From the IMG/VR virus record IMGVR_UViG_2703718836_000005, positions 1-25,124 of that record: a DNA stretch of 25,124 nucleotides. One strand, 5' to 3'. Under the pieces are notes generated by a model. That model ran no database searches and was not told the origin of the DNA. It was given only the letters and a program-made list of their open reading frames with translations. Source of the stretch: a virus (Duplodnaviria > Heunggongvirae > Uroviricota > Caudoviricetes). Position numbers and translations under genes: made by a program. This document shows positions 1 through 8,579 of the stretch, in pieces. Numbering within the stretch: position 1 is the stretch's first letter; every line of letters begins with the position of its first letter.

Positions 1-1147
1 GACTATTTGCAACAGTGCCCGCAAGAGTACGCCAGATCATGATGCGAAGACGCAGCATATCCTGTTCATGAGACAGGTATTCCTTCAGGGTGCGGAACTG
101 TAGGGAACCCAGGTCCAGACCAAATTCACGCTGTGCTTCATACGCCGCCTGTACCGTGTGCTCAGCCGCGATAACGAACTGACTTGGGAACAGGGTGTAT
201 TTCTTCATTTCGTGGTTGATCAGCGGGATAAGCTCAGGAGCGGCTTCAATATTGATTTCCGTCTCAATTGCGATCTCAGTGCCTTTATCCGGCGCTTTGG
301 AGAACGACAGGGCAATCTGACCAATGTTGTAGTTCAGAGAGCAGGTAACAGTGATTTGCTCCCCAGCAGCATTAGTAAACGAGTGAAGTAGGCTGCCGGA
401 GCCGTTATCAACAACAGACTTAATACGGTTAACGTAGATGTTAGTGCGACCTTTGCGGATTGGGACATTCTGGCCTTCGAAGTCTTCCATTTTGAAGGTT
501 GCGGTTTTGCTGGTGCCATCGGAGATTGCCACCAGCACATAGCGGCGGCGTAGCTGGCTGTACACACCAACGGATTGCATGTCCAGAACATCACCAGCAG
601 CATAAGAACCAAAAGAAGAACCCGCCACGTTAAAGACTTCGTAGATGTCGGACTGGTCACGCGTAACCGGAATGAAGGTACACGCATCAGCGGTAGCTGC
701 CCCCAACTGAACAGGCAGGATCATCGCCAGGAATAAAGGCAGACGCATAACACCGTCAGAAACACTCATCATCTCTGCCGCGACTGATTCCAGCATCGCT
801 TTATTGGTGGAGTCCATGCTATTGCGGGTGGACTCAATCAGGCAGTTTTCCAGCGTCTGGTGGCAGGAGGCCAGAATTTCCGGACGCGGCATAGATTTAT
901 GTGTTGCGGCATAGTCAGCCAGTGCACTTGCCCATGCGGTAGCAATTTGAGCGGTGGCATTATCAGAAATACCCGCAAAAATCGGGTCTTTGCGTGCAGC
1001 TTCAAGGATAGATGCGGCACGCGCGGCATCATCTTTGATGAATTGGTTATCAGTACCGAACTGTGCTGTACTTGCCCAGCCAAGAACGGCTTTAGAGCGT
1101 TTTGCGATATCTGCAATACGATTCTGGTATTCGCGTAAGTTACTCAA
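1..1147 (-). CDS. phage structural protein, probable major head protein (P1 gene 23-like); partial, 3' end beyond the window
   Basis: Continuous minus-strand frame from a TTG at 1145-1147 (SD AAGGAAG about 6 nt upstream) to position 1 with no stop; translation begins MSNLREYQNRIADIAKRSKAV. Assignment rests on position next to parS as in P1, not on recognised motifs. Absent from the ORF track because it has no in-window stop. Confidence 0.45.
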   Translation of the reverse strand, partial: MSNLREYQNRIADIAKRSKAVLGWASTAQFGTDNQFIKDDAARAASILEAARKDPIFAGISDNATAQIATAWASALADYAATHKSMPRPEILASCHQTLENCLIESTRNSMDSTNKAMLESVAAEMMSVSDGVMRLPLFLAMILPVQLGAATADACTFIPVTRDQSDIYEVFNVAGSSFGSYAAGDVLDMQSVGVYSQLRRRYVLVAISDGTSKTATFKMEDFEGQNVPIRKGRTNIYVNRIKSVVDNGSGSLLHSFTNAAGEQITVTCSLNYNIGQIALSFSKAPDKGTEIAIETEINIEAAPELIPLINHEMKKYTLFPSQFVIAAEHTVQAAYEAQREFGLDLGSLQFRTLKEYLSHEQDMLRLRIMIWRTLAGTVANS

Positions 1148-1411
1148 GTTACTCTTCCTTAAACACAAGGCACTTGTGTGAATCCCTTTTCGGAAGAGAT
1201 TTTATTGAAAGTCACTTGTTGACTTTCTCGCGAAAAGTAATTTTTTAAATTTTTTGTGCGGGGAAGTGGACGGTGAATGCAGGCGTTAAATCGTGGGAAT
1301 TTCAGTCTGAAATTCTCCTAAAAAACACATGCAAATCATAAGGTTAGTAATGAAATTAGTGCGGGACATTTTAGGAAGGGGAGGGGCTAACACCACCTCC
1401 CACCAGCGGGA
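1148..1411. promoter_or_regulatory. parS: parS-like partition site region downstream of parB
   Basis: Non-coding 264 bp directly after the parB stop; perfect 19-bp palindrome GAATTTCAGtCTGAAATTC at 1297-1315 built from heptamers resembling P1 ParB box A (ATTTCAC-like); further GTGAAT/AGTCAC heptamer-like copies at 1171-1186 and 1273-1279; IHF-like AATCATAAGGTTA near 1335-1347. Confidence 0.5.
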
Positions 1412-2377
1412 TTATTCCCCAGCAGACATTTTCCCAATGATTTTTTTTATTGCTTCGTCAATTTCAGTTTGCACTTCAGACGGGAGTCTGGAGAACTCGT
1501 AGGCGACAACCCGTTTTTTCGGATCGGACTTCTTTCGAGCATATTGGCGACGGTCAGAGAAGTCTCGCAGCTTCTCAATCACCACAGATTTAACCGGCGC
1601 GGGCTTCAGGCTTTTGCTTTCCGCTTTGAAGATAGCCAGTATCTTCGATTTATCCTCTTTCGCGCCCTCAGTCTCTGCAATTCGTTCGCGCACCGTATCA
1701 ACCAGCTCTTCAATCGGCACGCTTTTAGCGTTAGCATCCTCGGCGATCTGGAGCAGTAACTGGTAATCTGGCAGGGCGAGATCGCTGGCAACAGGGAAGA
1801 CAGCAATCATCTCATCCGGCACCGCGGCAGCCTGGAAAGCTCGCGTCACTTTAGCCTTTGAGATGTTCTCAGCTCGGGCGATCTCTTCTTTGGTCATATT
1901 CTTACCGTACATAACCTCGAAGCGTTTACCCAGCTCGCGCAGAGTGTGTTCGCGGGCTGTCTGGATATCAATGGCCAGCTGGCGTGCATCCGCCAGGCTG
2001 ATCTCATCTTTCGTCACCAGAATCTCAAATTTCGTTTCATTGAAGATACACGCAGCGCGGCGACGTGATCCGTCCAATACCTCAATGCGCTCCCCAACCA
2101 TACGACCGATAGCCGGGAAGAACTGTTGCAATTTAATGGTGCGGGAAATATCGCTTACCGACTCAGGGGTGAGCAGAGACTGATCGCGGCCGTTAACTGC
2201 CGGGTCAACGAACGTGCGCGACTCAATCTCACCACTCAGCACAACGGTAAGCAAAAATTTAGCCTGGCGGCCAGATTTTAGGGTAAAGGTTTTGGTGCCT
2301 TCACTGCCTTCAAGCATGCGAGCAAACTCGGAGCTATTCTTGCCCAGCACTCGTCCACGGGAAACTATTTTTTTCAT
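1412..2377 (-). CDS. parB: partition protein ParB (P1/P7 family)
   Basis: 321-aa ORF; start ATG overlaps the parA stop (ATGA, translational coupling); position downstream of parA and upstream of parS; size close to P1 ParB. Confidence 0.85.
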   Translation of the reverse strand: MKKIVSRGRVLGKNSSEFARMLEGSEGTKTFTLKSGRQAKFLLTVVLSGEIESRTFVDPAVNGRDQSLLTPESVSDISRTIKLQQFFPAIGRMVGERIEVLDGSRRRAACIFNETKFEILVTKDEISLADARQLAIDIQTAREHTLRELGKRFEVMYGKNMTKEEIARAENISKAKVTRAFQAAAVPDEMIAVFPVASDLALPDYQLLLQIAEDANAKSVPIEELVDTVRERIAETEGAKEDKSKILAIFKAESKSLKPAPVKSVVIEKLRDFSDRRQYARKKSDPKKRVVAYEFSRLPSEVQTEIDEAIKKIIGKMSAGE

Positions 2378-3579
2378 GCCGCCTCACCCCTAACAAACTC
2401 AATTCGATCAAACACAGCCTTAGTGAAACGCTCGGCCTCGGTTCGTGCCTTCTTCAGCGCCTCTGCACTGCCTGGATACGATTGCGGGTTGGCACTGATT
2501 ACGGTGTCGAAAGACTCGCCGCATCGCTCAAATCCATCCAGACGAGGCAGAGAAGAGTCCAGAATGTTGCTGGCGTAAACCTCACGCGCAAGGCTGTGTG
2601 ATGTCTCGTGATCTCGCTTGCCGGTCATCTTCGACATAAAACCAATGCTGGCGCTTAAACGCGGTTCTACGCCTTCCTCCTCCAGTTGCTCCAGCATTTC
2701 TGGCAGACGGGTGAGATATTTCAGTGTTGAGTGGAAGTCAACCTGGGCTGGTGGGGTAGGGGTAAGCAGCAAATCGCTGGCCGCCAGACCGTTGAGCAGG
2801 AACGGATCCAGGTGTGGACCGGTATCAATAAAGATAAAGTCATAATCATCCGCAACACGATCAATGATATTGCGTCGAAGGATTTCGTACTGATTTTGTC
2901 CGGGAAGATGCTCTTCAACCAGCTCTTTCCATTGGCTGGCAACAAAGCCATCGTCGATAGAGGCTGGAATCACGTCTACGCCAGGAACGATGGTCGGACG
3001 AATCACCTCTTTGCGTAGCGTCTCCGCGTCCAGGTCGTTCAGCATCGCCTGCGCGGCGGTTTCCAGGATGGAACCAATACTGTGAGTATGGTCGAGGAAC
3101 ATTGTGCTGGATGCCTGAGGGTCAAGGTCAATTACCAGAATGCGCAGATCGTGACGCAGTAAATCCTGATGCACACGCAGAGCGTGCGCCAACGTGACTG
3201 TGGAAACCGTTTTGGATACGCCACCCTTCAGGTTTACGACAAAAATAACGTAAGGCGATTTGTGAATGTCGCGATATTTGGGGATCTTACGGTGGGCATA
3301 GATATCAATGACGTTCTGGATGGTCAGCGCGTACTGTTCAACGTTACCGACCTGTTTCTTGTTGAACTGGTACCCATCATCTTCCATCTCTTTGATGGCC
3401 TGCTCCACAATGCGGCGGCTCAGCTTCGGCAACTTTGCCACAGCGTTACGAGTGAACGTCTGATAATACTCGGTCTGATTGAACTCTTTGCGCTGATCTT
3501 CAATATCCTGACTCATGGCCTTAAGTAATGCGCTTGCACGAAGAGCTATGGTGCCGACACCGCCGTAATCGCGTTTCAT
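2374..3579 (-). CDS. parA: partition ATPase ParA (type Ia, P1/P7 family)
   Basis: Translation has the deviant Walker A KGGVSKT, VIDLDPQ, and the C-terminal block LPRLDGFERCGESFDTVISANP that I recall as highly conserved in P1 ParA; three consecutive ATGs, the third (3577-3579) has the best spacing to SD AGGAG at 3586-3590 (ORF track starts at 3585). Confidence 0.9.
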   Translation of the reverse strand: MKRDYGGVGTIALRASALLKAMSQDIEDQRKEFNQTEYYQTFTRNAVAKLPKLSRRIVEQAIKEMEDDGYQFNKKQVGNVEQYALTIQNVIDIYAHRKIPKYRDIHKSPYVIFVVNLKGGVSKTVSTVTLAHALRVHQDLLRHDLRILVIDLDPQASSTMFLDHTHSIGSILETAAQAMLNDLDAETLRKEVIRPTIVPGVDVIPASIDDGFVASQWKELVEEHLPGQNQYEILRRNIIDRVADDYDFIFIDTGPHLDPFLLNGLAASDLLLTPTPPAQVDFHSTLKYLTRLPEMLEQLEEEGVEPRLSASIGFMSKMTGKRDHETSHSLAREVYASNILDSSLPRLDGFERCGESFDTVISANPQSYPGSAEALKKARTEAERFTKAVFDRIEFVRGEAA

Positions 3580-3599
3580 CATCATCTCCTTATCATTTC

Positions 3600-3675
3600 G
3601 TATGAGTGAATTGTACGTTTGATTCTGCTACGTGCAACTTTTTTTGATTCGTGCGTCAATTATTGCACGTAAAGA
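3600..3675 (-). promoter_or_regulatory. putative par promoter/operator
   Basis: On the minus strand -35 TTGCAC (rc of 3632-3637), 16-nt spacer, -10 TACAAT (rc of 3610-3615); 8-bp inverted repeat ACGTGCAA / TTGCACGT at 3632-3639 and 3663-3670 overlapping it, as expected for ParA autoregulation. Confidence 0.4.
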
Positions 3676-3694
3676 AATGGCGATGAGGCTATTA

Positions 3695-3980
3695 GATGTG
3701 TGCTGGAGGGATGATGCAGGACCAGAATGTGCGATAGAGGGAAGTCGCATTGAATTATGTGCTGTGGAGGGATCGCTGGTATCAAATATGTGTGCTGGAG
3801 GGAAAGATAGAAGATTAGATGTGCGCTGGAGGGAAACTTGGATGGTTAGATGTGTGCTGGAGGGAATGTCTTGGCAAACTGCGTGGCGCAACCCTCCAGC
3901 GCACACCAAAAACAGGAAAATGGGCAGGCATTCCCGGCAGCGCACATTTTTCAAATGCAGCTGCCCTCCAGCACACACTT
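3695..3980. repeat. incA: incA-type copy-control array of about nine 19-bp RepA iterons
   Basis: Direct copies of GATGTGTGCTGGAGGGAAA-like 19-mers at 3695-3713, 3755-3773, 3787-3805, 3818-3836, 3849-3867 (plus a degenerate one near 3733-3745) and inverted copies at 3890-3908, 3931-3949, 3962-3980; matches the P1 iteron consensus as I recall it; lies between repA stop and parA. Confidence 0.85.
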
Positions 3981-4839
3981 ATTCGGGAAGTTTCAGCTTT
4001 GGATTGCGAGAATGGACGATTACAAAACTTTCCCGGCCTTTCTTCTCAATTGAACAGTCGAGATAGCCGATTGTTTTAAGCTGTTCTATCGCTTTCTTAA
4101 TGATACGGTTTTGCTCGCCAACAGCTGACTGCAAAGCCAGGCGCTCACGGATTCGCGCGAACGATAGCGGCAACGGGTTCTGCGGAAGGCTTTCGATGAA
4201 AGTGTAAATGGCTTGTGCAGCTTCTTTCTTCGGAAGGGCACGCAAGGCGTGGTGTTGCAACAGAACGCGATAATCAAGCTGGAACAGCTCCCAGAGCTTC
4301 GAATCGGCCTCCAGCTCTATCAGATCAAGGTCAGCATCAAAACGCCCGACCTTCAGCAGACCAGTCTGATAGCCGCCTTTAGCATCTTTTCCGCGCTTAA
4401 AAGCGATACCCTTGTTACGCAAGCGTCCAAGTGATTCATGAATGGTTAAACGCAGTTTCGCATCCAGACGTTTTGAGGGGAAACCACAGGCTTTAGCGAA
4501 CTCCTGAAACGATAACTGGATGGTGTTTGAAGACAAGCCGTATTTGCTGAACGCGTAGATGACACCGATCCACGTTTTGAAATCAGTATCCATATCGAGT
4601 CGAGGACCGGTGATTTTAATATCATCGTAACCCTCGGCTTTAGCTATCTCCAGCTGGGAAAACGCTTTGGTGGCATCAATCTCTTTACTTTCTCCTTTGC
4701 TCTTTGATGGCTTCGGAACGAATACCCCCAAGCGCATCAACGCCACAGGCTGCACAGTGTTGTTTGAATTAACTGTTAGTTCTTTTGCCTTACTTTCAAT
4801 GTCTGCGTAAAGAATATCGGAGATAAATGATTGATTCAT
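3979..4839 (-). CDS. repA: replication initiator RepA (P1-type, iteron-binding)
   Basis: 286-aa ORF flanked upstream by origin iterons and downstream by the incA iterons; length and translation (MNQSFISDILYADIESKAKELT...) agree with my recollection of P1 RepA. Confidence 0.95.
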   Translation of the reverse strand: MNQSFISDILYADIESKAKELTVNSNNTVQPVALMRLGVFVPKPSKSKGESKEIDATKAFSQLEIAKAEGYDDIKITGPRLDMDTDFKTWIGVIYAFSKYGLSSNTIQLSFQEFAKACGFPSKRLDAKLRLTIHESLGRLRNKGIAFKRGKDAKGGYQTGLLKVGRFDADLDLIELEADSKLWELFQLDYRVLLQHHALRALPKKEAAQAIYTFIESLPQNPLPLSFARIRERLALQSAVGEQNRIIKKAIEQLKTIGYLDCSIEKKGRESFVIVHSRNPKLKLPE

Positions 4840-4895
4840 ATTACTTTTTCCGAATTATGTGGATAGTTTTTATAAGTGATGATAACTACCCAGGC

Positions 4896-4957
4896 TTTCC
4901 CGTCAGCACACATTTTTATCCCGCCAGCACACATCGTTTTCCCTCCAGAACACATCG
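4896..4957. repeat. oriR origin iterons (inverted orientation, at least three clear copies)
   Basis: TTTCCCGTCAGCACACATT, ATCCCGCCAGCACACATC and TTTCCCTCCAGAACACATC are reverse complements of the 19-bp iteron, immediately upstream of the repA start. Confidence 0.8.
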
Positions 4958-4995
4958 CGATACACTTCTAGGCCAGACGTGGCGCGGCCTGCAAC

Positions 4996-5075
4996 GATCA
5001 GGGATCTATATGGATCTAATTGGGATCTGTATGGACCTAATTATTGGATCTATCCAGTGGATAATGTGGATAAGT
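4996..5075. promoter_or_regulatory. oriR methylation-dependent region: cluster of five GATC sites plus two tandem DnaA boxes
   Basis: GATC at about 4996, 5003, 5013, 5024 and 5047 within 7-mer repeats (GGATCTA-like), then AGTGGATAAT and TGTGGATAAG (DnaA box TGTGGATAA) at about 5057-5075; the layout mirrors the P1 oriR architecture. Confidence 0.8.
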
Positions 5076-5100
5076 GAAAAACCGGCCAACATAGCCGGTT
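5076..5100 (-). terminator. intrinsic terminator after the upfA-like gene
   Basis: Minus-strand hairpin AACCGGC / GCCGGTT (6-7 bp, 7-nt loop) followed by TTTTTCAC. Confidence 0.5.
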
Positions 5101-5113
5101 GGAAGGAAGGGTA

Positions 5114-5506
5114 TTATTCTACGCTTTCGATAAGAAGACCATGTTCATAACATTTAAGCTCATCGCCTTCGTACAGGAATTGGTATCCAATACCACCATT
5201 TTCATGGACATTAGGGAATAACTCATAACTCACTGAAGAGCAAATCACACCAATGCAGCGATCAACGCCTTCTCGTTCTTCAGTGCTGAAAAAATCCTCT
5301 TCGGTAAGGACATGAGTACATTGCTCATCAGCATAGGTCGGAAATACATGCTCGATGCAATCCGGGTGTTTTAAACCAAGCTGATCGGCAAGCTCGAAAG
5401 CACGACGGTATTGTTCAGATCCTGGCTTGCCAACAGTGATTTGCTCAATTTTGTAGATTGAAGTCGCTTTGTTGATAGTTTGCTTTACTGTTACTTTATC
5501 AGACAT
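5114..5506 (-). CDS. hypothetical protein (P1 upfA-like position)
   Basis: 130-aa ORF, last gene of the leftward operon next to oriR; no recognised motif. Confidence 0.65.
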   Translation of the reverse strand: MSDKVTVKQTINKATSIYKIEQITVGKPGSEQYRRAFELADQLGLKHPDCIEHVFPTYADEQCTHVLTEEDFFSTEEREGVDRCIGVICSSVSYELFPNVHENGGIGYQFLYEGDELKCYEHGLLIESVE

Positions 5507-5517
5507 AAAAATCCCTT

Positions 5518-5850
5518 TTAGTTACCGCTAATAGCTCGGTTGTAATCATTAACGTTGCGATTCTTCCTATTAATCCCCATCAGCATCGTTTCTGTATCGA
5601 GGATATACGCTGGCAGATCATCAAAATATTCACTGCTAAACTCTGGCATCCTGCACATAAATGCACTTTTTGGGTCAGGGTGGTTAACCTTTGTCGGCGT
5701 CGGCGTTAAATTCGCTGATCGACTCCCGGAGCAACCGCTGAGTGTCAGCAGGAATACGCTGGCGAACATTACCCGCCGCAACCAGTTGTTTCTGAACTTC
5801 AGCTTTTCGTTCCATTTGCCTGTCAGCATATTTGGCTTGTTCTGATTCAT
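5518..5850 (-). CDS. predicted lipoprotein (lipobox LTLSGC); candidate outer-membrane spanin subunit
   Basis: Signal peptide with lipobox L-S-G-C, mature part has a Pro/Thr-rich stretch TPTPTKVNHPDP; SD AGGAAG 6 nt before the ATG at 5848-5850; an internal start at 5769 (MFASVFLL...) is also possible; overlaps the 3' end of the upstream TM gene in another frame. Confidence 0.6.
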   Translation of the reverse strand: MNQNKPNMLTGKWNEKLKFRNNWLRRVMFASVFLLTLSGCSGSRSANLTPTPTKVNHPDPKSAFMCRMPEFSSEYFDDLPAYILDTETMLMGINRKNRNVNDYNRAISGN

Positions 5851-6106
5851 TTTTCACTTCCTGGCTGTGAAAATGTTGCTCTGCTTTGTTCATCGTCTCA
5901 ATGGTCTGGTTAAGATCCATTATTGACTTATCACGTTCCTTAACAGCCTGATCAAGACTGCCAATTTTCTCCATGGCTTGCTTTAGCTGATGACGTTCCC
6001 ATGCAAACCCAGCACCAACAAGTGCGCAAATCAGAACAAGAACACCAGTAGCAGCAAGTTTCTCCTTCAAAGACAAAGCTGTTTTTAACGTAGAAAAGAA
6101 TGACAT
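5684..6106 (-). CDS. N-terminal transmembrane, coiled-coil protein; candidate inner-membrane spanin subunit
   Basis: Start moved to the ATG at 6104-6106 (MSFFSTLK...), which has SD GGAGG 5 nt upstream (ORF track starts at 6133); one hydrophobic helix LAATGVLVLICALVGAGFAW followed by charged helical sequence. Confidence 0.65.
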   Translation of the reverse strand: MSFFSTLKTALSLKEKLAATGVLVLICALVGAGFAWERHQLKQAMEKIGSLDQAVKERDKSIMDLNQTIETMNKAEQHFHSQEVKNESEQAKYADRQMERKAEVQKQLVAAGNVRQRIPADTQRLLRESISEFNADADKG

Positions 6107-6145
6107 GTCTTCCTCCTGAAGAAAAATTATCAATGAAGTCCTTTG

Positions 6146-6934
6146 TTACTGTGCCGCTTTGTTTAATTCATCAAGAACAGAATCAGGAACCAAAGCAGCA
6201 ACTGCGCTGGCTGTGCTGGCCTTATTTGCTGATGCTTCCGCAAGCGCAGTACCGATAGCATGGTTATAAGCAGTTATGGCTACATTGGTGCTTTCATTCG
6301 CTCGTTCATACTGCTGTTGTAACGCAGTTGTGGGCGCTGTTGTCTGGTTGAAAACAACCCCAAACTGTTCAGTTGCTACTTTCAGAGATTCAATTTGCTC
6401 TTCTGTTAGTGCTGGTGGGGGAGTGGCAGTGCCGCCGCCTGAACCAGAGCCTGACGAGCTTCCTGAGCCAGTGTTAAGGGTCTGGTTAATCTCCCCCATA
6501 GCAGCGACTAAACTTGATGTATTAAGCGCGTTTACAGCGTCCTCAAGCGATTTAGTAATAGTCACATCACCAATGGCAATAGAGATCGGCAGTTCTGATA
6601 CTTCTCGCTCATTAGCACGGCAGTAAACATCCCAACCAATATCGAGTTGAAGCAGCATTGACAGATCTGCATAACCAGCCAACAGGTCCGCGTGCTTAGT
6701 TGCCAGTTCTCCAATGTTCGTTAAGCCGGTTGTGGTTGTTCTGATCGTTGAAACATAGCTGGTAATAGTGTCGGGATAGACAATTGTATCCAGAATTAAT
6801 CCGGTCAATTCTTCTGCAAGCAGTTTTGCTGTGTTAGCACTGTTTCGTGCCGATGTTATGGCACCAGGTGTTTTCATCCCACCGGCAGCGGCCAATTTTT
6901 TATATGCGGATAACTGGTAGTCTTTTTCCAGCAT
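6146..6934 (-). CDS. hypothetical protein with Gly/Ser-rich linker (P1 upfB-like position)
   Basis: Start set to the ATG at 6932-6934 (MLEKDYQ...), SD AGGAG 5 nt upstream; contains GSGSSSGSGSGGG linker; no recognised catalytic motif. Confidence 0.6.
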   Translation of the reverse strand: MLEKDYQLSAYKKLAAAGGMKTPGAITSARNSANTAKLLAEELTGLILDTIVYPDTITSYVSTIRTTTTGLTNIGELATKHADLLAGYADLSMLLQLDIGWDVYCRANEREVSELPISIAIGDVTITKSLEDAVNALNTSSLVAAMGEINQTLNTGSGSSSGSGSGGGTATPPPALTEEQIESLKVATEQFGVVFNQTTAPTTALQQQYERANESTNVAITAYNHAIGTALAEASANKASTASAVAALVPDSVLDELNKAAQ

Positions 6935-6942
6935 GATATCTC

Positions 6943-7227
6943 CTAACTTACCTGAACCAGGCCGTCTCCGGACGCTACGGTAGATCCGCATGAAACAGGG
7001 TCACCAACGCATACGATCCCTTTACCATTGACGGTAAACCATGCCCTGGTTGATATAGCTTGCCCACCGTGCGTACTGTTTCCATCGGTATGCTGTGCAT
7101 ATTGCTTACCATCAACTAACACTTCGACTCCGTTGACTTTAAGTAGTGGTTCACTCTCTACAGGAGGCCTGGATGGGAATCCTCCGTGCCCCGAACAAAT
7201 GCTGTCTTTTGTTGCAATACTTGCCAC
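6943..7227 (-). CDS. small PAAR-like (spike-tip-like) protein, hypothetical
   Basis: 94-aa ORF with GTG start; repeated HGG and VNGK.../GDPVSCGS blocks reminiscent of PAAR-repeat proteins; weak, by-eye assignment. Confidence 0.4.
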   Translation of the reverse strand: MASIATKDSICSGHGGFPSRPPVESEPLLKVNGVEVLVDGKQYAQHTDGNSTHGGQAISTRAWFTVNGKGIVCVGDPVSCGSTVASGDGLVQVS

Positions 7228-7308
7228 GTCATCACCAATTATTTGCTCTGATTTTCGTTATTTTAACTCAGGTTGTTTGTGGTCTACATGGAGTTCAACT
7301 ATTGCAAA

Positions 7309-7325
7309 ATTGCTCTAATAAATAT
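7309..7325 (+). promoter_or_regulatory. C1-operator-like 17-mer (16/17 to ATTGCTCTAATAAATTT) in the divergent intergenic region
   Basis: ATTGCTCTAATAAATAT; TTGCTC could double as a -35 hexamer for the rightward operon beginning at 7397. Confidence 0.55.
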
Positions 7326-7396
7326 TGTTTTTTATGTCGTATTTTCGGTACCATTCAGCCATCGCCCTTCAATGGGCATTTGTTTGGAGTCGTCAG

Positions 7397-7681
7397 ATGC
7401 AGATGGAGCTAATAAGCCGCAAAGAGTTCGATAGCCGTGTAACCAGCGGTGAACTCGACAACTTGCAGGCTATCAAGGTGAAAGAAGGCTTTTGCCTCAT
7501 TGGGAATCAGAGCGGAACAAATCGCGTTTTTATGCTTCGCCGTACGGATTTGAAGCCATTTGTCTGGAAGAACGAAATTGGTCCCAGCTCATACGCTCAA
7601 ACGAGGGGGTGCCACAACCTGGCCTTTTTCTACAAAGACGAGCTTTCTGTGGTTGATATTCAAGGGTTACAACATGTTTAA
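7397..7681 (+). CDS. hypothetical protein, first gene of the rdgC-methyltransferase operon
   Basis: ATG at 7397 with SD GGAG 7 nt upstream; stop overlaps the next start (ATGTTTAA). Confidence 0.5.
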   Translation: MQMELISRKEFDSRVTSGELDNLQAIKVKEGFCLIGNQSGTNRVFMLRRTDLKPFVWKNEIGPSSYAQTRGCHNLAFFYKDELSVVDIQGLQHV

Positions 7682-8579
7682 GCACTGGAAAAACATTACT
7701 ATTTATAAACTTTCTCGTGAGGCGGATCTGACCGACTTAGAAGATAAAAAGAAAATGATCCTTTTCACGCCATGCGGTAGTCAGGATATGGCCAAGTTCG
7801 GTTTTGTATCTCCATTTGGTGATAATTCCGAAGTTATCGCTATGCATGGAAATGGTTTTATCCTTGTTGAAGCAAAGCGCGAAACAAAAATTCTTCCCCC
7901 GCCGGTTATCCAGCGAGCTATTCAAGAAAAAATTGAAAAACTTGAGCAAGAACAAGCGCGTAAACTGAAGAAAACAGAGAAGGACTCCCTGAAAGACGAA
8001 GTTCTGCATTCTCTTCTGCCACGGGCTTTTTCAAAGTTTTCTGTTATCCAGGCGATCTACGACGGTTCAACTAAACGCATCTATATCAATGCCAGCGCGC
8101 GGCAGGCAGAGGATATGCTCGCGCTTATGCGTAAGTCTCTGGGTTCTCTTCCTGTTGTGCCACTAAGTGTTGAAAATTCCATTGAGTTAACGCTGACCGA
8201 CTGGGTACGTGATGCTAGTGCTCCACAGGGATTTCAAATGGGGGATGCGGCAGAACTTAAGGCAGTGCTTGAGGATGGCGGTATCGCCCGAGTGAAAAAG
8301 CAGGATTTGGGAAGCGATGAAATTTCCACACACCAGGAAGCTGGCAAGCTCGTCACAAAGTTGGCACTCGACTGGCAGAACCGCATTAAATTTACACTGG
8401 ACCATAACTTCAGCCTTACCAGCGTCAAATTTGCGGATGAATTGCTTGAGCAGAACTCTGATATTGATAGTGAAGATGTTGCGCAGCGACTGGACGCAGA
8501 TTTCTTCCTGTTAACCAGTGAAATTTCGTGCCTGGTTGATGCTCTGGTAAATGCCCTGGGCGGAGAGGCTAAGCAGTGA
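7674..8579 (+). CDS. rdgC: recombination-associated protein RdgC homolog
   Basis: 301 aa; translation shares long blocks with E. coli RdgC as I recall it ([61 protein letters not shown]). Confidence 0.85.
   Translation: MFKHWKNITIYKLSREADLTDLEDKKKMILFTPCGSQDMAKFGFVSPFGDNSEVIAMHGNGFILVEAKRETKILPPPVIQRAIQEKIEKLEQEQARKLKKTEKDSLKDEVLHSLLPRAFSKFSVIQAIYDGSTKRIYINASARQAEDMLALMRKSLGSLPVVPLSVENSIELTLTDWVRDASAPQGFQMGDAAELKAVLEDGGIARVKKQDLGSDEISTHQEAGKLVTKLALDWQNRIKFTLDHNFSLTSVKFADELLEQNSDIDSEDVAQRLDADFFLLTSEISCLVDALVNALGGEAKQ

Noticed and set aside
834-1181. ORFs 838-1116 (minus), 860-1138 and 954-1181 (plus) inside the head-protein gene region
   Set aside because: They are alternative frames of the long uninterrupted minus-strand frame that reaches the window edge; the long frame with an SD-preceded TTG start is the better model.
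1349-1365. Weak operator-like site AAATTAGTGCG upstream of the head gene, and a similar weak site at 20421-20437
   Set aside because: They match only about 10-13 of 17 positions; kept out of the feature list as too degenerate to call without a scoring matrix.
1469-3528. Plus-strand ORFs of 66-119 aa lying antisense to parB and parA (for example 1469-1759, 1863-2183, 2731-3018, 3169-3528)
   Set aside because: They are fully contained in, and antisense to, well-supported ParA/ParB genes and lack ribosome-binding sites.
3690-3980. Short direct repeats with regular-looking spacing that could be mistaken for a CRISPR array
   Set aside because: Repeats are 19 bp, occur in both orientations, spacers are only about 10-15 bp, and the unit matches the plasmid RepA iteron; the context (between repA and parA) is that of a copy-control locus.
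3628-4079. Several overlapping ORFs on both strands (3628-3978, 3632-4066, 3819-4079, 3850-4053) with repeated MCAGG-type peptides
   Set aside because: They are translation artefacts of the iteron repeats and overlap the repA 3' end and the incA array.
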